Below are positions 38,657 to 44,328 of a DNA stretch of 44,328 bases, piece by piece. Origin of the DNA: an uncultured Rickettsiales bacterium (GTDB lineage Bacteria; Pseudomonadota; Alphaproteobacteria; WRAU01; CAYYLE01). The stretch is taken from NCBI GenBank assembly GCA_964472375.1, contig CAYYLE010000004.1:8443-52770 (forward strand), read 5' to 3'. The notes beneath the pieces are model-generated. The model worked only from the letters and a program-made list of their open reading frames with translations. It made no database searches and was not told where the DNA came from. How positions within the stretch are numbered: position 1 is the stretch's first letter; each line of letters begins with the position of its first letter. The position numbers and the translations under genes are program-made.

Positions 38657-40267
38657 TTATGGGTTTTTGTGTTTTGCATTGGGTCTTAGGTACACAACGA
38701 AGTTAAGCACAATGCAAATTACATAAAATATTGCAAACTGATACATTGCAGTTTCTGGAGTGCCTGCTTTTAGTTGATCACCTATCATTATTGGCATAAT
38801 AAAAGAGCCGTACGCTGCTACTGCTGAAGACCACCCTAATACTTGAGACCTTTGCTCTGTATTAAAGATAGCAGCAACAGACCTAAATGTTGAGCCATTA
38901 CCTATGCCTGTTGCTGTAAACAGTAAAATAAATAAAACTAAAAATGGCATAAAGTATTCTTCAGGTGTTGCAGAAGAGTAAGCGGCTTTCATATAATATC
39001 CAACAAAAACAGCACATACTATCATTGTAATTGAGCAAAATAAAGTTACCACAGAGCCACCTATTTTATCTGCTATATAGCCACCTAAAGGTCTTATTAA
39101 TGCACCAACAAAAGCACCAATCCAAGCATACATTAAAGCACTTGGTCCATTAGGGTTTATTGTTGTATGTGTCATTACTCCATTTGCGTCGGGAATATGA
39201 GAAAACCCAAAAATTACTTTTATTGAAAGCGGTAATGCTGCAGAAAACCCTATAAAAGAACCAAAAGTCATTATATAAAGAATTGTCATATACCATGTAT
39301 GAGGGTTTTTAAATATTTTATATTGATGTTTAATGTTTTTACCCGCTTCACCTGGCAAAAGAGCAAGTAATACAACAGTTGCAAAAATAACAAGAGGTAA
39401 GACAATAAATTTACTAATATTAAACCCAGAACCATTTGCAGCTTCTGGTAATATTAACCACAAGCCTAGAATAGATGTTAAAAAACCAATACCAAGCATT
39501 ACAGACATTTTAAAAAAAGCTGAAATAGCAGAAGGCACAACAGGTGTAATATCTTTAGATTTAATATTGTTCATGCCAAACCAGCATGCGATAGAAATAG
39601 CAGAAAGCAAAACAACCCAAATATACCCTGCATTATGCAAATATGTTTGTGAGCCTGCTTCAATTTTACCTATTAAAGTACCACTTGCGTTCATAAGTGT
39701 CATAGGTTCGCCACCAAAAATACCAAAAGTCATTACAAGAGGTATTAAAATTTGCATTGTTGTAACGCCAAAATTACCTAAGCCAGCATTTAGTCCAAGA
39801 GCCAACCCCTGTTGTTTTTTAGGAAAAAAGAAGCTTATATTAGACATTGAAGAAGCAAAATTACCACCACCTAAGCCAGAAAGTAAAGCTAAAAGCTGAA
39901 ACACCCATAAAGGAGTATTAACATCTTGAAGAGCTATTCCTGTACCTATTGCAGGAATAAGCAATAAAGCAGTTGAAAAAAAGATTGTGTTCCTTCCACC
40001 TGCAAGTCTTACAAAAAATGTGCTAGATATTCTTAAAGTAGCACCTGAAAGACCCGCGATAGCTGTTAACGAAAACAAGCTTTCAGCAGGAATTTTAAAA
40101 CCTAAGTTAAGCATTTGTACTGTAATAATGCCCCAATAAAGCCATACTGCAAAACCGCACAATAATGCTGGTATAGATATCCATAAATTACGGTTAGCAA
40201 CCTTTTTGCCGTAACTTTCCCATTGTTCTTTGTTTTCTGGATCCCATTTGGTAAGGTCTTGTGCCAT
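38657..40267 (-). CDS. narK: nitrate/nitrite antiporter, NarK2 type
   Basis: WDPE..W...A.RNLWISIP, GGGNFASSMSNISFFFP, ALGLNAGLGN, TFGSFIGFSA, GIGNGSTF. Confidence 0.93.
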   Translation of the reverse strand: MAQDLTKWDPENKEQWESYGKKVANRNLWISIPALLCGFAVWLYWGIITVQMLNLGFKIPAESLFSLTAIAGLSGATLRISSTFFVRLAGGRNTIFFSTALLLIPAIGTGIALQDVNTPLWVFQLLALLSGLGGGNFASSMSNISFFFPKKQQGLALGLNAGLGNFGVTTMQILIPLVMTFGIFGGEPMTLMNASGTLIGKIEAGSQTYLHNAGYIWVVLLSAISIACWFGMNNIKSKDITPVVPSAISAFFKMSVMLGIGFLTSILGLWLILPEAANGSGFNISKFIVLPLVIFATVVLLALLPGEAGKNIKHQYKIFKNPHTWYMTILYIMTFGSFIGFSAALPLSIKVIFGFSHIPDANGVMTHTTINPNGPSALMYAWIGAFVGALIRPLGGYIADKIGGSVVTLFCSITMIVCAVFVGYYMKAAYSSATPEEYFMPFLVLFILLFTATGIGNGSTFRSVAAIFNTEQRSQVLGWSSAVAAYGSFIMPIMIGDQLKAGTPETAMYQFAIFYVICIVLNFVVYLRPNAKHKNP

Positions 40268-40286
40268 TTTTTTTAATCCTATATTT

Positions 40287-41540
40287 TTATTTATTAGCTT
40301 TTATTAGCTTATTTTTTTCTTTTTCAATGTGAGAAATTGCTATATTCATCCATATTAGAGAAACCATTACAATTGCAAACAAAACCATAAAGCTACTTGT
40401 CCATACTTTTAAAGTATCATTTAGATAGCCAAATAAAATAGGTAAGAAGAAACCTCCTAAGCCACCTATTAAGCCAACCACTCCACCAACTGCACCAACA
40501 TGATTTGGGTAGTATGTAGGAATATGTTTGTAAACAGCAGCTTTACCTAAAGACATAAATAAACCTAAAAGGAAAGTTAAAACAACAAATAAACCTAAGC
40601 CAACTTGGAAGCTAAATTCTATATCGCCATCTATACCCTTAATAATATAAGTAGTGTTTGGGTAAGAAAGTATAAGTGTGCATAAGGCACAAGCAATAAA
40701 AGTAACATACATAACAGCTCTTGCACCATACTTATCAGACCCCCAGCCACCTAATGCTCTGAAAATACTACCTGGCAGAGAATAGCTTGCAGCAAGCATA
40801 CCTGCTGTTTTTAAATCTAAGCCATAAACACCTACATAGTAACGAGGCAACCATAAAGCAAGTGAAACAAATGCACCGAACACAAAGAAATAATAAAGAG
40901 AGAAACGCCAAACTTGTACTTCTTTTAAAGGAGATAACTGTTGCAATAAAGAGCGTGGTTTTTCTTTTTTTGCCTTGCGTTCACTAATTTTTGGGTCATC
41001 TTCAGATAGCAAGAAAAACAAAATAGCTGTTATTGCTAAAATAATTGCATATACTTGAGCTGTTTTTTCCCATCCATATGCAATTAATATAAAAGGTGCA
41101 CCAAAATTTGTTACTGCAGCACCAACATTACCAACACCAAAAATACCAAGTGCCGTGCCTTGGTCTTTACTGCTATACCACTGAGAAACATAAGCAACCC
41201 CAACAGCAAATGAACCACCTGCAAGACCAACACCTAAAGCAGCTATTAAAAACATGTTATAAGTTGTAACCGTTGAAAGCATAAAAGTTGCAAAGGCTGA
41301 ACATAGCATTAGAATTGTTAAAACAACTCTACCGCCGTATTGGTCTGCCCACACCCCTAAAAGCAATCTACTTAAAGAGCCAGTTAAAACAGGTGTTGCA
41401 ACAAGAATACCGAATTGAGCATCTGTTAAATTTAAGTTTGCTTTTATTTGCACACCAAGAATTGAAAAAATAGTCCATACTGCAAAACACACAGAGAAAG
41501 AAAAGGTACTAAGCCCTAGAGCTTTAGTATTTTTTTGCAT
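40287..41540 (-). CDS. narK: nitrate/proton symporter, NarK1 type
   Basis: CFAVWTIFS, P.LTGSL.R, GLAGGSFAVG..YVS.W, QGTALGIFG.GNVG, YFFVFGAFV, LGKAAVYKHIP. Confidence 0.93.
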   Translation of the reverse strand: MQKNTKALGLSTFSFSVCFAVWTIFSILGVQIKANLNLTDAQFGILVATPVLTGSLSRLLLGVWADQYGGRVVLTILMLCSAFATFMLSTVTTYNMFLIAALGVGLAGGSFAVGVAYVSQWYSSKDQGTALGIFGVGNVGAAVTNFGAPFILIAYGWEKTAQVYAIILAITAILFFLLSEDDPKISERKAKKEKPRSLLQQLSPLKEVQVWRFSLYYFFVFGAFVSLALWLPRYYVGVYGLDLKTAGMLAASYSLPGSIFRALGGWGSDKYGARAVMYVTFIACALCTLILSYPNTTYIIKGIDGDIEFSFQVGLGLFVVLTFLLGLFMSLGKAAVYKHIPTYYPNHVGAVGGVVGLIGGLGGFFLPILFGYLNDTLKVWTSSFMVLFAIVMVSLIWMNIAISHIEKEKNKLIKANK

Positions 41541-41616
41541 TATAATACCTCATAAAGACATTAAATTATTATTGCCATAAGTAGCTTTATTAAAGCACTA
41601 CTTAATTGAGCTTGAG

Positions 41617-41635
41617 ACAATATATTATATATTGT
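41617..41635. promoter_or_regulatory. perfect 9-1-9 palindrome upstream of narK1 (candidate second operator)
   Basis: ACAATATAT-T-ATATATTGT. Confidence 0.35.
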
Positions 41636-41694
41636 ACAAGTATTTAATTTTAGGCAAGGTTATTGTTTGTTAGAGTTACAATTTAGATTTATTA

Positions 41695-41708
41695 TTGATT
41701 TAAGTCAA
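41695..41708. promoter_or_regulatory. FNR/Crp-family (FNR/DNR/NarR) binding site for the nar operon
   Basis: TTGAT-TTAA-GTCAA, a 9/10 match to TTGAT-N4-ATCAA, about 155 nt upstream of narK1. Confidence 0.75.
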
Positions 41709-41917
41709 TTACTAAATACATATTGTAATAACTTTATTTTTGTAGGAATTTTTAAGCAATAGGTATAATAGAATCACTTATTTTTAAATTAAGTATAGTT
41801 ATGCACTTTAGTATGATTTAGCTAGCATGTTAACATATACTCAAGCATCCTATTTTTTTTAAAAAGATTGTTTTGTTGTATAAAAATAGCAGTAATAGGA
41901 GAAGGAGGAGGGTATTT

Positions 41918-42598
41918 TTATAAGCTACCTAAAACACCATCAAGAACTTTTAAAAGGTTTTCGTTCACTAGGTTTACATTTTCAGCAAAGCTTTCACTTG
42001 CGTTGTTATCTGCAAGGTCAGATACTTTTTTAATAAAAATAGCATCTTGGTTGTAGTGGTTGCAAACTTGGGCAATTGCAGTTGCTTCCATTTCTACACA
42101 AATAGGGTTTTTATATTGCAATATAATATTTTGTATTTTACTTTGGTCAGATATAAAGCTATCGGCGGTACAAATTAAGCCAGTTTTTACAAAGTCAAGA
42201 TTTAGGCTTTCAAATAGTTTGTTAAAGTTAGGGTAGCTATTAAAAGTAGCATCTTCATTTGCCATTTGCCCTTTTTGGTAGCCAAAAATAGTAAGGTCAA
42301 CATCTGCATAGGCACAACATTGGCTTACAATAATATCAGCAACCTTGCAAGGGGCTAAGCCACCACAAGTGCCTACATTTATAATAAGCTTTGGTTTAAA
42401 GGTTTCAATAACAAAAGAGGTAGTAGCGGCAGAGTTTGTTTTTCCTATTCCGCTTACAATAGAAATCACGGTTTTATCTTTATAGCTACCTTTATAAATA
42501 GAGTAAAACTGATGAGGGATAGTTTCCTTATTTGCAATAAGGTTTAAGTATTCTTTTCTTTCTTCTTCCATTGCAGATATTATAACTACATCAATCAT
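41918..42598 (-). CDS. mtnN: 5'-methylthioadenosine/S-adenosylhomocysteine nucleosidase
   Basis: IISAMEEE, SGIGKTNSA, INVGTCGG, D.T.FGY..GQ, TADSFI, VEMEATAIAQVC, VSDLAD. Confidence 0.95.
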   Translation of the reverse strand: MIDVVIISAMEEERKEYLNLIANKETIPHQFYSIYKGSYKDKTVISIVSGIGKTNSAATTSFVIETFKPKLIINVGTCGGLAPCKVADIIVSQCCAYADVDLTIFGYQKGQMANEDATFNSYPNFNKLFESLNLDFVKTGLICTADSFISDQSKIQNIILQYKNPICVEMEATAIAQVCNHYNQDAIFIKKVSDLADNNASESFAENVNLVNENLLKVLDGVLGSL

Positions 42599-42600
42599 TC

Positions 42601-42918
42601 TTATTTACTCTCTTTGTTAAAGTAATGAAAATTTTTATCAGTAAAAACTATTTTACCTTCTTTAATTTCTAGCCCTTCTTGTTGCAAAAGCTCTATTTTT
42701 TTATTTATGCCAAGGGCATAGTTACCAATAGAACCATCTTGTTTTACAACTCTATGGCAAGGCACAACTATAGGGTTTGGGTTTTTTGCCATTGCAGTGC
42801 CAACTGCTCTATAAGCTTTTGTATCAAGTGTATTTGCAAGCTCTTTATAGCTTGTAACTTTACCTTTAGGTATTTGGGTTAAAAGCTTATAGCATTTTTC
42901 ATAAAATGGTGCAGTCAT
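42601..42918 (-). CDS. ogt: O6-methylguanine-DNA methyltransferase (C-terminal domain only)
   Basis: IPKGKVTSYKELA, RAVGTAM..NP, VPCHRVV (active Cys), K.ELL..EG. Confidence 0.92.
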   Translation of the reverse strand: MTAPFYEKCYKLLTQIPKGKVTSYKELANTLDTKAYRAVGTAMAKNPNPIVVPCHRVVKQDGSIGNYALGINKKIELLQQEGLEIKEGKIVFTDKNFHYFNKESK

Positions 42919-42938
42919 TTTAATTTATAACTAGCTTT

Positions 42939-43463
42939 TTATTTATTCCAAGGCATTTTTTGTAAAAATTTTGCCATTGGGCAAAAACCTGTTGCTCCTG
43001 CAAAAACTAAACCAGCACCAATAAAAGCAGGTACGGCAAAAAAAGCAGCAGAACATGTAAAGCCTAAAATATTAAATATTGTTATTAAAGACCCAGCTAA
43101 AATAAAGATTTGGCGTTCAATTTCTAATGATTTTTTATTTTTTGCACTAACAGTTTTTAAAGAAGATGCTTTCCAACCATTAAGCCCGCCTTTTAATAAA
43201 AAAGTATTTTCAGATTGTAATGATTTAAATGCATTACAAACATTGCTTGCTCTATTACCAGATGTACAGCTAATAATAACCTTTTTATTAGTGCTTAGGC
43301 TTTTAATTAGGTCTTCACTCATTATCTCACTAGGGATATTAACAGCACCTTCAATATGTTCGTTTAAAAACTTTTCTTGCCCTCTTACATCAATAATAAC
43401 AGCATCATTGCTATTAAGCATTTCTTGAGCTTTTTTAGCTTCAATTTCTTTAATTTGGCTCAT
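42939..43463 (-). CDS. rhodanese-domain membrane protein (YgaP/DUF2892-like)
   Basis: IDVR, HIEGA.NIP, CTSGNRA, LKGGL.GW; C-terminal ERQ...AG...GLVFAGATGFCPMA..L..MPWN. Confidence 0.9.
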   Translation of the reverse strand: MSQIKEIEAKKAQEMLNSNDAVIIDVRGQEKFLNEHIEGAVNIPSEIMSEDLIKSLSTNKKVIISCTSGNRASNVCNAFKSLQSENTFLLKGGLNGWKASSLKTVSAKNKKSLEIERQIFILAGSLITIFNILGFTCSAAFFAVPAFIGAGLVFAGATGFCPMAKFLQKMPWNK

Positions 43464-43477
43464 TTACTTTCTCCTTT

Positions 43478-43515
43478 AAAAAAACAAACCACACCGTTTT
43501 AAAAGTGTGGTTTGT
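43478..43515 (-). terminator. intrinsic terminator of groEL
   Basis: 11-bp stem ACAAACCACAC/GTGTGGTTTGT followed by a U-run on the minus strand. Confidence 0.8.
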
Positions 43516-43558
43516 AAAAATATAACATAATAAAAATTTTAATTTTATTAGCTTAGGC

Positions 43559-44328
43559 TTACATCATGCCCATGCCAGGCATTCCGCCCATACCAGGCAT
43601 TCCGCCACCCATAGGAGAGCTATCATCTTTAGATGGAACTTCAGCAACCATAGCTTCTGTTGTAATCATTAAGCTTGCAACCGATGCAGCACCTTCAATT
43701 GCAATTCTTGTAACTTTAACAGGGTCAATAATACCAAACTCAAACATATCACCATACTCATGAGTTTGAGCATTGTAACCAAATTTGTTTGAATTTTGCT
43801 CAAGTAACTTACCAACAACTACTGATGCATCTTCGCCTGCATTTGCAAGTATTTGACGAATAGGGGTTTGTAATGCACGGAATACAATATCAAAACCTAC
43901 TTTTTGGTCGTTGTTTGCAGCTTTGCTTTTAGCTTTATCAAGTTCTTTTGTGCTGTAAAGTAATGCAACACCACCACCTGATATAATACCTTCTGCAACA
44001 GCAGCACGAGTAGCGTGCAATGCATCGTCAACACGGTCGTGTTTTTCTTTTACTTCAATTTCAGTAGCACCGCCAACTTTAATTACAGCAACACCGCCTG
44101 ATAATTTTGCAAGTCTTTCTTGTAGTTTTTCTTTATCATAATCAGAAGTTTCTGCATCTATTTGAGTTTTTATTTGTGTGCAACGAGCATCAATTTCTTG
44201 CTTTTGCCCTGCACCTTCAACAATAGTTGTGTCTTCTTTTGTGATAAGAATTTTTTTAGCACTACCTAGCATGTCAATAGTTGTGTTTTCTAGTTTTAAG
44301 CCAACTTCTTCGCTTATTACTGTACCAC
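43559..44328 (-). CDS. groL: chaperonin GroEL (3' part; 5' end outside window)
   Basis: Frame is open to the window edge ([13 protein letters not shown]...). [41 protein letters not shown] tail. Confidence 0.99.
   Translation of the reverse strand, partial: GTVISEEVGLKLENTTIDMLGSAKKILITKEDTTIVEGAGQKQEIDARCTQIKTQIDAETSDYDKEKLQERLAKLSGGVAVIKVGGATEIEVKEKHDRVDDALHATRAAVAEGIISGGGVALLYSTKELDKAKSKAANNDQKVGFDIVFRALQTPIRQILANAGEDASVVVGKLLEQNSNKFGYNAQTHEYGDMFEFGIIDPVKVTRIAIEGAASVASLMITTEAMVAEVPSKDDSSPMGGGMPGMGGMPGMGMM

Noticed and set aside
39333-39899. 188-aa antisense ORF inside narK2, and similar shadow ORFs (13850-14284, 19323-19727, 20267-20647, 22919-23314, 36213-36575 etc.)
   Set aside because: They are antisense to or nested in well-conserved genes, have no recognisable motifs, and are expected from codon bias.
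41868-42056. 62-aa + strand ORF
   Set aside because: TTG start without an RBS; mostly antisense to mtnN.
43571-43606. 18-bp tandem repeat
   Set aside because: It encodes the standard GGM tail of GroEL.

Overview
A very AT-rich, gene-dense bacterial chromosome segment in standard code 11. The gene order (pepA-holC, lptG-lptD-surA, DUF2066-hda-rnd, sua5 plus FAD oxidoreductase) and the protein flavour point to a genome-reduced, probably host-associated alphaproteobacterium; the exact lineage cannot be determined from sequence alone. Housekeeping blocks are rplU-rpmA-obgE, lptG-lptD-surA, pepA-holC-DUF2066-hda, rnd, thrS-infC-rpmI-rplT-pheST and the 3' part of groEL. An anaerobic or scavenging metabolic set is mixed in: a complete narK1-narK2-narGHJI operon with an FNR-type box, pta-ackA, aspA, guaC, mtnN and a D-2-hydroxyacid dehydrogenase. 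Poorly characterised accessory genes include an exported pentapeptide-repeat protein, two tandem paralogous small lipoproteins, an orphan membrane-anchored substrate-binding protein, and a LonC-type protease next to an alpha/beta hydrolase. I saw no tRNA, rRNA, CRISPR array, transposase or phage gene, and no unambiguous novel multi-gene system. The best leads are the lipoprotein pair, the exported pentapeptide protein, a remodelled ThrRS tRNA-contact loop, a structured rpmI leader, a missing lptF, and two hairpin-packed ~450-bp spacers with related terminal hairpins.
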